DNA of 64,000 bases from Phycisphaeraceae bacterium (GTDB lineage Bacteria; Planctomycetota; Phycisphaerae; Phycisphaerales; Zrk34): assembly GCA_040905565.1 (NCBI GenBank), contig JBBDRF010000071.1:1-64000 (forward strand). The letters are read 5' to 3'. Under the pieces are notes generated by a model. That model was not told where the DNA came from, made no database searches, and worked only from the letters and a program-made list of their open reading frames with translations. Below, piece after piece: positions 29,681-38,568 of this stretch (the stretch's first letter is position 1; the number at the start of each line of letters is the position of its first letter). A program made the position numbers and the translations under genes.

Positions 29681-31057
29681 ATGCTGGACAAAGTGCTTGA
29701 CCACCTTCGGCACGATCACGAAGCGGCGATCGATCGCCTTTGCGATTTTCTCCGCATTCCTTCGGTCTCGACGGACCCCGCTTATGCCGAGCACTGCCTC
29801 AAGGCGACCGACTGGGTGGTCGATCAGCTGCGCGCGTGCGGCGGCGAGGTGAGCATCCACGAAACGCCCCGCCATCCACTGGTGATCGCCCACTTTGAAG
29901 GTGGGAATCCCGACGCTCCCCGCGCCCTTTTCTATGGCCATTATGACGTTCAACCGCCCGATCCGCTCGAGAAGTGGACCACGCCCCCGTTCGAGCCCAC
30001 CATCCGCGACGGCAAACTCTACGCCCGCGGCTCCAGCGACGATAAGGGCCAGGTCATGTGCTTCATCGAAGCGCTGCGGGCTTGGCACGACATCGCCGGC
30101 AAGCCGCCGGTGCCCGTGACGGTCTTCATCGAGGGCGAGGAAGAGTGTGGCAGCGTCTCGCTTGATGCGTTCATCGAAAAGCACCGTGATCTGCTCAAAG
30201 CCGACGTCGCCGTCGTCTCGGACACCGCCATGTGGGGCCCGGATCAGCCGGCCATCACCTACGGTCTGCGGGGGCTTCTGTACTTTGACGTGAAGCTGCA
30301 CGGCCCCGGTCGCGATCTGCACTCGGGCGTCTACGGCGGCTCCGTGCCCAACCCCTGCACGCAGCTGGCGCGCGTGCTCGGAAAGCTGTTCAACGAAGAC
30401 AACGCGGTCGACATCGAAGGCTTCTACGATGATGTCGCGCCGCTCACCGAAGACGAACGACGCCGCTGGGCGAACCTCAACTTCAGCGACGATGCGTGGG
30501 CCCAATCCATCGGCCTCACCGACGGCAAGGACCTTTCCGGCGAGATCGGCTTCTCCACACTCGAACGGCGATGGGCCCGACCCAGTTGCGACGTCTGCGG
30601 GCTCTACGGCGGCTATTCCGGCGAAGGCGCGAAGACCGTCATCCCCTCATTCGCCGGTGCCAAAGTCAGCTTTCGACTTGCTGCCACGCAGGACCCCAAC
30701 CGCATCAGCGACCTGTTCCGCGACTTCCTCAAGGCCAACACGCCCGCTGGCTGCCGGTGGGAGATCGAAGAGTTCGGCCGCGCCCGGCCGGTCGTGATCC
30801 CGATCGATTCCCCCTGGATCGCCGCCGCCCAGCAGGCGGTGGAAACCGGCTGCGGCCGTGAAGCCGTGCTCAACCGTGAGGGCGCGACGATTCCCGTCGT
30901 GGCCACTTTCAAGGAGCTGCTGGGGCTCGACACGTTGCTGATTGGTTTCGGCCTGCACGACGACAATCTGCATTCGCCGAACGAGAAGTTCGAGCTCAAC
31001 AACTTCCGCATGGGCTGCCTCACGCACGCCTCACTGCTGGCGAAGCTGGCGGGCTGA
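29681..31057 (+). CDS. M20 family dipeptidase
   Basis: YGHYDVQP, ARGSSDDKGQ, EGEEECGS, DLHSG and HSPNEK. Confidence 0.92.
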   Translation: MLDKVLDHLRHDHEAAIDRLCDFLRIPSVSTDPAYAEHCLKATDWVVDQLRACGGEVSIHETPRHPLVIAHFEGGNPDAPRALFYGHYDVQPPDPLEKWTTPPFEPTIRDGKLYARGSSDDKGQVMCFIEALRAWHDIAGKPPVPVTVFIEGEEECGSVSLDAFIEKHRDLLKADVAVVSDTAMWGPDQPAITYGLRGLLYFDVKLHGPGRDLHSGVYGGSVPNPCTQLARVLGKLFNEDNAVDIEGFYDDVAPLTEDERRRWANLNFSDDAWAQSIGLTDGKDLSGEIGFSTLERRWARPSCDVCGLYGGYSGEGAKTVIPSFAGAKVSFRLAATQDPNRISDLFRDFLKANTPAGCRWEIEEFGRARPVVIPIDSPWIAAAQQAVETGCGREAVLNREGATIPVVATFKELLGLDTLLIGFGLHDDNLHSPNEKFELNNFRMGCLTHASLLAKLAG

Positions 31058-31085
31058 GCGGCTGCGCCCGTCATTGAGCGAGCGC

Positions 31086-31114
31086 AAAAAAACCCGGCAA
31101 TCACGATTGCCGGG
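31086..31114 (-). terminator. Intrinsic terminator (minus-oriented U-tract); possibly the ancestral tRNA-Ser terminator
   Basis: A7 tract followed by cccggcaatc-ac-gattgccggg. Confidence 0.7.
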
Positions 31115-31423
31115 CCTTCGAACGGTGTGGGATCCATGATACGTCAGGTGGTCTCTGAATGGGTTCCCTGTTTCGAGGTGATTTTCAGGGTTTTTTCGAC
31201 GATTACAGCGAATTTTACCGAGTCGGGCGAGCAGTTGGCACCCGCGACCCGTTGAAGGGCAGAGGCTTACGACGATGCGGGCCCGAATTCCCTGCTTGCC
31301 AAAACAGGGAACGGGCAGGGAATTGCGGTCGGCAGAAACTGCGATCATGTCGAATTCGCCCGCCCTTGCCGATGGTCCTGGGGATTGTGGATGTGTGTCG
31401 ATGAGGAAACGTTTCTGCGAGGT

Positions 31424-32638
31424 TCACTCCCAACAAGCCAGCAGCTCCTGAAGTCGCTCCCGGTGGCTGGCCATGTGGGATTTGATGGTTGGCGTGCGCA
31501 GTAGTTCCTGCACGGTCTCGAAGGTGCAGGCCTGGTACTTAGCCATGATCCAGACGAACTCGAGCGTGTAATCGGGCTCGAGCTTCAGCAGCGAGCGGCG
31601 GGCCGACTCGATCTCCTTCTTGTCCGCCGGCTTCCATTTCGCCCCGTGCCTGACCAACAGGTGGATCGCCTTGATGTGTTCCCGAGCCCGCGGCGTATCT
31701 GCTTTGCGCGCGCCCCGGTGGCCGTCCCAAAATCTACCATATGAACTCGGAACGTAGTCCCAGCTCATGCTCTCGAGGCACGGCTCGATGGCGGAACAGC
31801 CGCCATCGGGCTGGTCGTTGGGATCCAGCCCCTTCTCGAGCAGGCTTTTCAGAACCTCCACACCTTTGCCGTGCGTCAAATAGCGCACGAACTCGGAGGG
31901 GTTGGGGCCCGGCAGCCCGGCCCGGATCGGCTTGAGGCTGAAAACTTCATAATGGCCGAGAAGCGCCGCCAACCCCACGGCCGACCACGGCTCGTCGTCC
32001 TCGTCCACTTCCTCCTCGGGGTGACTGAAGCCCGGAGTGAAAGGGTCGGCTCCGGCCCAGAGCATCAGCGAGACCCATTTCAGGTTGCCCTCCGCGCAGT
32101 GATGGCGTAGAGCGATATCGGCCTGTTGCTGCAACTCGGGCATCTGTTCGCGATGTCGCTTGTAAACCCCCAGCGCGGTGCGGATGCGATTGCACAAGGC
32201 CCAAGCGAACGGCTGGCCTGCCCGGATCTCGGCCCCGCGCTCGATGAAGTAGTCCATGATCTTCGGATCCCACGTGCCAAAGACCTGATGCATGTCGACG
32301 GTCCTGGGGTCGAAGTCGTGCTCGACGAGAAGCTGCACGATGTCCAACCGCTTCGCCTGCAGGGCGCGATATATTGGCGCGTCGTCCCCTGCCGGCTCCT
32401 GAATCGCCCCGCCCTCGAGCAGCACCTGCACGAGACTGTGGAAGCCGCGGTCAATGGCGTACTCGAGCGGGGTCTTGGGGCGGTGGCCCTTCTCAGGAGG
32501 CGGCGGAGCGTTGACGGGATTGCCCTCGGCGATCCACGTTTGGACATCGAATAAGCGCCCGGCCTTGCACAACTCGATCAACGGGGCGATGGCCTCCTGG
32601 TTCGCTGCCCGTCGTATGTTCAAGGAAGCCTCGGTCAT
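31424..32638 (-). CDS. Ankyrin-repeat-containing protein
   Basis: KTPLEYAIDRGFHSLVQVLLEGGA, ALRHHCAEGNLKWVSLMLWAGADP and LLEKGLDPN. Confidence 0.75.
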   Translation of the reverse strand: MTEASLNIRRAANQEAIAPLIELCKAGRLFDVQTWIAEGNPVNAPPPPEKGHRPKTPLEYAIDRGFHSLVQVLLEGGAIQEPAGDDAPIYRALQAKRLDIVQLLVEHDFDPRTVDMHQVFGTWDPKIMDYFIERGAEIRAGQPFAWALCNRIRTALGVYKRHREQMPELQQQADIALRHHCAEGNLKWVSLMLWAGADPFTPGFSHPEEEVDEDDEPWSAVGLAALLGHYEVFSLKPIRAGLPGPNPSEFVRYLTHGKGVEVLKSLLEKGLDPNDQPDGGCSAIEPCLESMSWDYVPSSYGRFWDGHRGARKADTPRAREHIKAIHLLVRHGAKWKPADKKEIESARRSLLKLEPDYTLEFVWIMAKYQACTFETVQELLRTPTIKSHMASHRERLQELLACWE

Positions 32639-32642
32639 GGCT

Positions 32643-33829
32643 CTACCACCGGTAGCCGTAGCGACGCGGCTCGTCCTCCTCCAAGCCCTTCTCATCCAAG
32701 ATAGACGGCGGGCTGGGGCGCAGCGGGTCCAGCCGGTCGGCCTGCTGCCTGGCCCATTCGATCCACTTTGCCAGCTCGCTGCCCGGCTCGATCGGTCCCT
32801 CGGCCGCGTGCGCCGCCCGCACCGCCTCGATCAGCTCCCGCACTCGGCGACACAGTTCTCCGCCTGGGTCAGCAGCTCGTTCACGCGGGCCTTCTCCGCC
32901 TGGTACAGCTTGCGCCGCTCGGCTCGCCGCTGGGCCTCTTCCTGGCGGCGCCGCTCCGCTTGCCGGCGATCTTCCTCCCGCCGCCTCTGCTCCTCCTCAT
33001 GCTCCTTAACCCGCGCAGCCATCTGGACGAGGCCGGCGACGAACGAGTTGAGCCGATCCTCCAGCCGCCTGGTTTTGGTGTCCCGCCAGGTACGCTGGCA
33101 GCCCGGCGTGCGGTACGGCCCGCCCGACAGGATCTCGAGCGTGAACTGGCCCGAGGGCACACGCTTCTCGTCGAAGCGGCTGTGACCGAACTCGTAAGGG
33201 CCGTTGAGGTCGTGGTCCTCGCGCGGCTTGCGCTCGGTCTTCAGCGACTCGCTGAGGCTGAATCGCACCGGCGTGTCGTCGAGGGTGACGGTGGGGCCCG
33301 AGGCGACCTCGTAGCCGCGCTGCTCCATGGCCTTGAGCACGGCGTCCAGAATCAGCAGCGCCCGCCGCAGGTTGGCCTTGGAACTGCGAATATCCAGCAC
33401 CGGCTCGTCGGGCCGGAGGATCATCTTGTGCTCATCCGTGCGGGCGCTTTGCATCTGCTGGTTCGCCCGGCTGACGAGTTTGTGGCAGCCCCGCAGATCC
33501 TCCGCAACCTCAATGCGTTGCGCCGGCTGGCGCTCAGCCTCGATCTGCTGCCGAGTGTCCTCGGACAGATCGAACGCACCGTCTCGATCCAAATCCCGCA
33601 GTTTGATTTCCTCGTCGCGTTCGTGTTTCGGCAGCGGCGTCTGGGCCGGCCTCTGCCCGTGCTGGAGCTTGGCCCAATAGCCCCGCGGCGGGCGAGAGAT
33701 GTCGTGCTTGCGGCAGATTTTGGCCAAACCCACGTCCGAGAGGCCGTAGGTTTTAGCCAGCCGCAAAACGGGCTGTTCCCACACCAGTCGGTAGAGCTCC
33801 CTACGCCTGATGGTCGTGGTGGCACCCAT
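32643..33829 (-). pseudogene. Island-associated HTH/coiled-coil protein, frameshifted near 32850
   Basis: N-terminus RRELYRLVWEQP..RLAKTYGLSDVGLAKICRKHDISRPPRGYWAK; the matching C-terminus WIEWARQQADRLDPL is in another frame (32643-32843). Confidence 0.7.
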
Positions 33830-34051
33830 CGGATCCCCGTTGCCATCTGCTCGCGAAGTGGCTGCGAGCGAGTATACGAGGAGCGGCCGCGTGCTCGCTA
33901 CCCCATGCATTCAACCCGTCGATCCGGCTGGCCAGTGGGATAAGGACTGGGCCACGTGTGGCGAGGTGCGATCGCCAAAAGCAGGTGGAAGCGCAGTTTG
34001 CCACGAATCTATTGCGCCTGAAGGAAGAGCGTGCTCGGTTGAGTGAGCGCA

Positions 34052-34570
34052 CTAACCCGATTCCTGCGAAAAAAGCTGCTCGATCAGATCCCTGCAATGG
34101 CGAAATGACGGCTTGACTGTCGGGTGGAGCATCACGCTGCCGTGGGCGTAGACGTTTCGGATGTGCCGCATTGCCTCCATCATCGCGCAGCTTCTCTTCT
34201 CCTCCGGAAGATACCCCTGCTGAATCGCCTCATTGGTGAGCTGCGCCAATCCGCCAGCTTCGCACTTGAGCCGGATCTTCAACGCCAGTTCGAACGTCGA
34301 AAAAGCGTGACGCTCAGCAAGCGGAAAGAACCGGAACACATGCCACGCGTACAACCAGACGTTCCGCGCGGTGTCCCATTGAACACGCACGTCCTCGGGG
34401 ACGGCCGCCGAGAGTCCGTACTCCGCAACAACCTCATGCATATCCGCAAGGGTCCAGGGCCGAAACTTGAGCGTATCCCTGTCCCTCGTGCAGTAGTCCT
34501 CGAATCGGCTATCCGGTTCGTGCACCTCGTTTAACGCGCGAAACCCGTCTGCTCCCAAAGGGCTGCTCAT
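34052..34570 (-). CDS. HEPN-like protein
   Basis: Helical sequence with C-terminal R-x4-H motif RNVYAH and upstream FELALK; RBS GAGGAG. Confidence 0.6.
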   Translation of the reverse strand: MSSPLGADGFRALNEVHEPDSRFEDYCTRDRDTLKFRPWTLADMHEVVAEYGLSAAVPEDVRVQWDTARNVWLYAWHVFRFFPLAERHAFSTFELALKIRLKCEAGGLAQLTNEAIQQGYLPEEKRSCAMMEAMRHIRNVYAHGSVMLHPTVKPSFRHCRDLIEQLFSQESG

Positions 34571-34723
34571 TCCGTCGCTCCTCGTGTCTCTGTGCCTTCG
34601 GCGGCCATTCTAGCACTTGGTCGCACGAGGCTCGTTCAGACGGATCCGTCGCGCGGCGGTGGAGCCGTGGAGATCAGCGGGCGGCTCATTCGAGACGCCG
34701 GGTGTGCCGATGATACGGCTAGC

Positions 34724-35395
34724 ATGAACAGGCACGACCAGTACCGGCAATTCGTTCAGGAACGGAAGGCATGCACTGCTTGCAACGGTCTGACCAACGC
34801 GGCCGAAATCGACGGCGGCATCAACGACAGCGATCGAATCGGCCCCTACTCGCGCTGGCAGGGTAATCTCGACGCTGAGCTGATGGTTGTGGCGCAGGAC
34901 TTTGCGGACGTGGAGAGATTCCGTCGGGTTCGCGGCTGGCCTGACGAGCACGCCGGCACCAACCTCAGGCTTGTCGAGCTATTGGCCGAAGCAGGCATCA
35001 CGATCGAGGCGCCATGTGCCGGAATGTCCGAGGATCGGGTGTTCTTCACGAACGCCGTCCTGTGCATGAAACGTAAGGACACCACCATTCCGAAAGACTG
35101 CTTCCGGCGGTGTGGTGAGCGTTTCCTACGCCCGATGATCGAGTTGGTGGCGCCCCAGATTGTCGTCACCCTCGGCGGGGGCGCGCTGCAGGCGACCTGT
35201 CACGCGTTCGGCCATCATCCGCCGCGCCGGCTGGCTGATGCGGCGACCAACCCGATCCGCCTGAATCCGAAGAGCGTGCTGATGCCGCTGTATCACCCGA
35301 GCGGTCGCGTGTTTAACAGGTATCGTTCGATGGAAAATCAGCGGCAAGACTGGCGGCGCGTCCGGCAGTTGCTTGCGCGGCCCCTAATGTGCTGA
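34724..35395 (+). CDS. Uracil-DNA glycosylase superfamily protein (family 4/5-like, Cys-containing)
   Basis: CTACNGL, GNLDAELMVVAQD, FFTNAVLC, IVVTLG and LYHPS. Confidence 0.8.
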   Translation: MNRHDQYRQFVQERKACTACNGLTNAAEIDGGINDSDRIGPYSRWQGNLDAELMVVAQDFADVERFRRVRGWPDEHAGTNLRLVELLAEAGITIEAPCAGMSEDRVFFTNAVLCMKRKDTTIPKDCFRRCGERFLRPMIELVAPQIVVTLGGGALQATCHAFGHHPPRRLADAATNPIRLNPKSVLMPLYHPSGRVFNRYRSMENQRQDWRRVRQLLARPLMC

Positions 35396-35798
35396 CATGG
35401 CGGACTGCGATGCGGCGGGTACAGGTACAATGTGCTGCCCTCAGGCTCGCCGCCCCTCGTATACTTGCAGGCGGACCTAGCCATGATCACGAGGCATTCG
35501 TGGCCGGGGGTGTTCGATGGCGGCACATCGACGAAACCGAGGATCAGTTCGAGCTGTGTCGGCGCGGGTGTATGCGGTGAGGACTTCCGCCGCGTGTTCA
35601 CACTCAGGCTCATTCATGAACACGTTGCCGGAGGTCGGACGAATTTTTCGACGTGCTTCACGTGCAGGCAAACGTCAGCCCATCCCATACGCTTGTGCAC
35701 CACGTTCAACTCCGCTTGGCCACGCGCTCTGAGAGATGCGCGACCACCGCCCACGCGCGCTGCCGAAGCGTGAATACGACGCCAGTGTCAGCGCCATT

Positions 35799-36707
35799 TT
35801 AAGGCACCATCAAAGTCACGCGTCCAAGCGAGCAAACCGGGCGGATGAGAATGAACACCTGGTAGCCCGTGGTGAAGGCCTCTCCCACACACTCGTGAGA
35901 CAGGCCGTTTCGGTCGGTCAACGTGCAGGTTCGCGGCCGAGACATCCTGCGTCCGCCCATTGGGATCATCGCGCCGAATCGATCGTCAGGGGTATACGTT
36001 TCAGCCCATAGGAGATTGCCGAACTGCTCGCTGAAATGCGGCGACACGATGGCGCGGCGGAGCGTGGCAACAAAGCCATCCCCGGGTGCGATCTCAGGCG
36101 GGTTGAGGACCAGCACCGCGCAGGCTTTGTGGTGGGTTGAGACGTAGCGGCGCACTGCCGAGTAAGCGGATGCGCCATATCTCTTAGCCAATTCGAGCGG
36201 CACGCGGATGCCGAACGTGCGATCGGCAGCCTCACGGGTGAAGGCGTCGTTCTGAAATAGAACTTCGGAGGCAAACACGTTGGCCTCACGCTCGAACTCC
36301 TCGGCCACGTCGGGATCGAGCGTCTGGCCGCAGTCTTCGATCACCCCGTAGAGGTCCCGCTGCCAGGGCAGAACGGCGTGCCCCGCCTCGTGTAGTTTCA
36401 GAAAGGTCTGTTTGGCGATGTGCACCGCCCGGTCGATGTAAACCAGGCGCGCTTTGGCGTCGAAGACACCGAGCACCTTCGATAGAGCTTGTTTGAGCGC
36501 CGACCCCGCCTTGCGCCGGATCCGGGCGAGAAAACTCTCGTCGAGAGCATCCTCGGGCGCGACAACCACCTTGGCCTGCTCGAGGACCTGGCCGACCGGC
36601 GTGGGGTAGACGCCCACCGCGTCGGCCGCCTCAAGAGCGCGGCGAGCATGCTGCCGAACCTCCTCGTGCTGTTCAGGCGTCAGAAAACTATCGTCGGCCT
36701 TACTCAC
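35799..36707 (-). CDS. ImmA/IrrE family Zn-metallopeptidase (CapP-like)
   Basis: HExxH in KLHEAGH, downstream EREANVFASEVLF, then HTH- and GAF-like C-terminal region; overlaps the HTH gene. Confidence 0.88.
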   Translation of the reverse strand: MSKADDSFLTPEQHEEVRQHARRALEAADAVGVYPTPVGQVLEQAKVVVAPEDALDESFLARIRRKAGSALKQALSKVLGVFDAKARLVYIDRAVHIAKQTFLKLHEAGHAVLPWQRDLYGVIEDCGQTLDPDVAEEFEREANVFASEVLFQNDAFTREAADRTFGIRVPLELAKRYGASAYSAVRRYVSTHHKACAVLVLNPPEIAPGDGFVATLRRAIVSPHFSEQFGNLLWAETYTPDDRFGAMIPMGGRRMSRPRTCTLTDRNGLSHECVGEAFTTGYQVFILIRPVCSLGRVTLMVP

Positions 36708-37089
36708 CGCTTCCCCTTCGTGATCTCAGGAACGCCAGGTAACGGAGCAGTTCCTCCTCCTCCTCCGGGCTCAGGTTCTCCCCTGCGACAGTTGCCACCC
36801 GCCCGTGTGCTTGCCCCTCCTCTCGCTCGGAGGAGGGCATGATGTAGCCGGCCTTTTCCATCAGCGTCTCGTAGGGCACGCCGTAGACGCCGGCCAGCGT
36901 GTGCAAGACGCTGGGTGATGGCTTGGTGATACGGCCTCGCTCAAGCTGACTGAGATAGGCATTGGAAATTTGCTTGTCCGACGCCTGCTCGACCTCCCGC
37001 AGGGTCATCTTCTTGGCCGTACGGATATAGGCGAGAAAATCCCCTAAGCTCTGTTTTGCGTGCTCTTTATGGCTTTTGCCAGTTTTCAT
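36700..37089 (-). CDS. XRE-family HTH repressor (CapH-like)
   Basis: LAYIRTAKKMTLREV...ISNAYLSQLERG...PSPSVLHTLA; short C-terminal oligomerisation helix LSPEEEEELLRYLAFLR. Confidence 0.88.
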   Translation of the reverse strand: MKTGKSHKEHAKQSLGDFLAYIRTAKKMTLREVEQASDKQISNAYLSQLERGRITKPSPSVLHTLAGVYGVPYETLMEKAGYIMPSSEREEGQAHGRVATVAGENLSPEEEEELLRYLAFLRSRRGSGE

Positions 37090-37133
37090 GGCATCTCCGG
37101 CAAGTCGAGAGACCACCAACCCACCTCCAAATA

Positions 37134-37207
37134 AGGATACACCCGTCGCGTAATTTATCAAGCGTTGCACAGGCTCTGCTTGATAAACTTAGCAAGCTTG
37201 GTACAAT
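37134..37207. promoter_or_regulatory. Back-to-back sigma-70 promoters sharing a palindromic operator
   Basis: Inverted repeat tttatcaagc (37154-37163) / gcttgataaa (37178-37187). Plus strand: TTGATA-16-TACAAT with extended TG. Minus strand: TTGATA-16-TATCCT. Confidence 0.7.
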
Positions 37208-37289
37208 GAGCATGATGGGCTTTACCGGCAGGGGCTTCTCATTGGGAGGGGCCACTACTGCATCGGACAAACGCGAAAGGGCTTTGATC

Positions 37290-37568
37290 ATGAGCAGCGA
37301 AGGCAACACCAGCGGGCCACCCACTACCACCGTGACCATTCATATCCCCTCCGATCCGACCCCGCGCGAGTTCACCTGGCCGAAGACGATCAAGGTTGGT
37401 GAGGCCGCGGACGAGGCCGCGGACGAGTTCGGGATCTCGGAGTCGGCCGAGGCTCCGACATTTCAGAACGCCTCCGGCGAGGTGCTCGATCGCCAGAAGC
37501 CGCTGGTGGCTGAGGGCGTGGAGGACGGGGCCGTGCTCGACTTAGTCAGCGCCGGAGGTGGGGTGTGA
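37290..37568 (+). CDS. Ubiquitin-like (beta-grasp) protein, BilA-like
   Basis: 92 aa with a beta-grasp pattern (VLDRQKPLVAEGVEDGAVLDLV), ending SAGGGV; first gene of an E2/JAB/E1 operon. Confidence 0.8.
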   Translation: MSSEGNTSGPPTTTVTIHIPSDPTPREFTWPKTIKVGEAADEAADEFGISESAEAPTFQNASGEVLDRQKPLVAEGVEDGAVLDLVSAGGGV

Positions 37569-38041
37569 GCGAGGACAAGATCACGATCGCCACCGTGGAG
37601 GCCGAGTTGCCGGCCGTCCACCAGTACGCCGAGCGGCACCAGTGGCAGATGGCATGGAACCCCGAGGCGTTGCGGCTGACCTTCGACGGGACGCATCCCG
37701 GTGACGGTAGGCCGCTACGAATCGTGGCCGACGTGACCGGCTACCGCGGCCTGCCTCCCAGTTGGACGTTCGAAGATCCGGCCAACGGCAAAGCAAAACT
37801 GTTTCCTCGCCCGAAGAACCTCCGCGGGAACACGGGGTCGATCTTCCACCGCAACCAACGACGGATCTGCGCGCCATTCAACCGTCTCGCGTACAAGGAG
37901 CACGGCGGCCCGCACGGGAACTGGGGCGGGCCCGCCAACTGGCTCCAAGTAAAGAAGAACAGGCAAGTGCGGGCGATCCATCTCGCGGACATGCTCGCGG
38001 TCATCGTGGGGCACCTGCACGCCAGCCCGGGGGTAATGTGA
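37565..38041 (+). CDS. Prokaryotic E2 (UBC-like) conjugating enzyme, BilB-like
   Basis: GYRGLPPSWTFEDP followed by SIFH...RICAPFNR containing the only Cys; translationally coupled (GTGA). Confidence 0.75.
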   Translation: MSEDKITIATVEAELPAVHQYAERHQWQMAWNPEALRLTFDGTHPGDGRPLRIVADVTGYRGLPPSWTFEDPANGKAKLFPRPKNLRGNTGSIFHRNQRRICAPFNRLAYKEHGGPHGNWGGPANWLQVKKNRQVRAIHLADMLAVIVGHLHASPGVM

Positions 38042-38568
38042 TGCCGCTCCTACGTACCAAACCGCTTCCGGTCGCCCAGGCTCGTGGCCGCCTGATCGTG
38101 CCCAAGTCGGTGACGAGCAGCACGCGCACCGTACTGCAGGACTTCCACGGCCCTGACGGTCGGCACGAGGGCCTCGTGTACTGGCTCGGGCGGCGACTGG
38201 AGCCGGACATCCTCGTGGTTGGGGCCGTCATCCCCGCCTGCGAGCACGGCCCCCACCGGGTCATGGCCTCGGCAGCGGCCGTGGGCGCAGTCGCCCGTGC
38301 CGCGCGGGCACGCGGCCTCGGCGTGGTGGCCCAAGTCCACTCCCACGGCGGGGATGATACCCGCCACTCGGACGGGGATGACGTGCTTGTGCTCATGCCG
38401 GTGGAGGGAATGTTCTCCCTCGTGGTTGGCCGCTACGGCGAGGGGGGCATCACGCCACAGGACGGGGTGGGCGTTCATCAATACCAGGATGGCCGATGGG
38501 TGCAGATCCCGCCTGATTCCGCCGACGCGCTCGTGATCGTTCCGACGATGGAGGTGAATCGAAGATGA
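38041..38568 (+). CDS. JAB/JAMM metallo-isopeptidase, BilC-like
   Basis: Glu in HEGLVYW and HSH-x7-S-x2-D (HSHGGDDTRHSDGD); TGATG coupling. Confidence 0.88.
   Translation: MPLLRTKPLPVAQARGRLIVPKSVTSSTRTVLQDFHGPDGRHEGLVYWLGRRLEPDILVVGAVIPACEHGPHRVMASAAAVGAVARAARARGLGVVAQVHSHGGDDTRHSDGDDVLVLMPVEGMFSLVVGRYGEGGITPQDGVGVHQYQDGRWVQIPPDSADALVIVPTMEVNRR

Noticed and set aside
31115..31140. Exact att duplication of the tRNA-Ser 3' end
   Set aside because: Only gtgggat (7 bp) matches, too short to call; the left boundary stays approximate.
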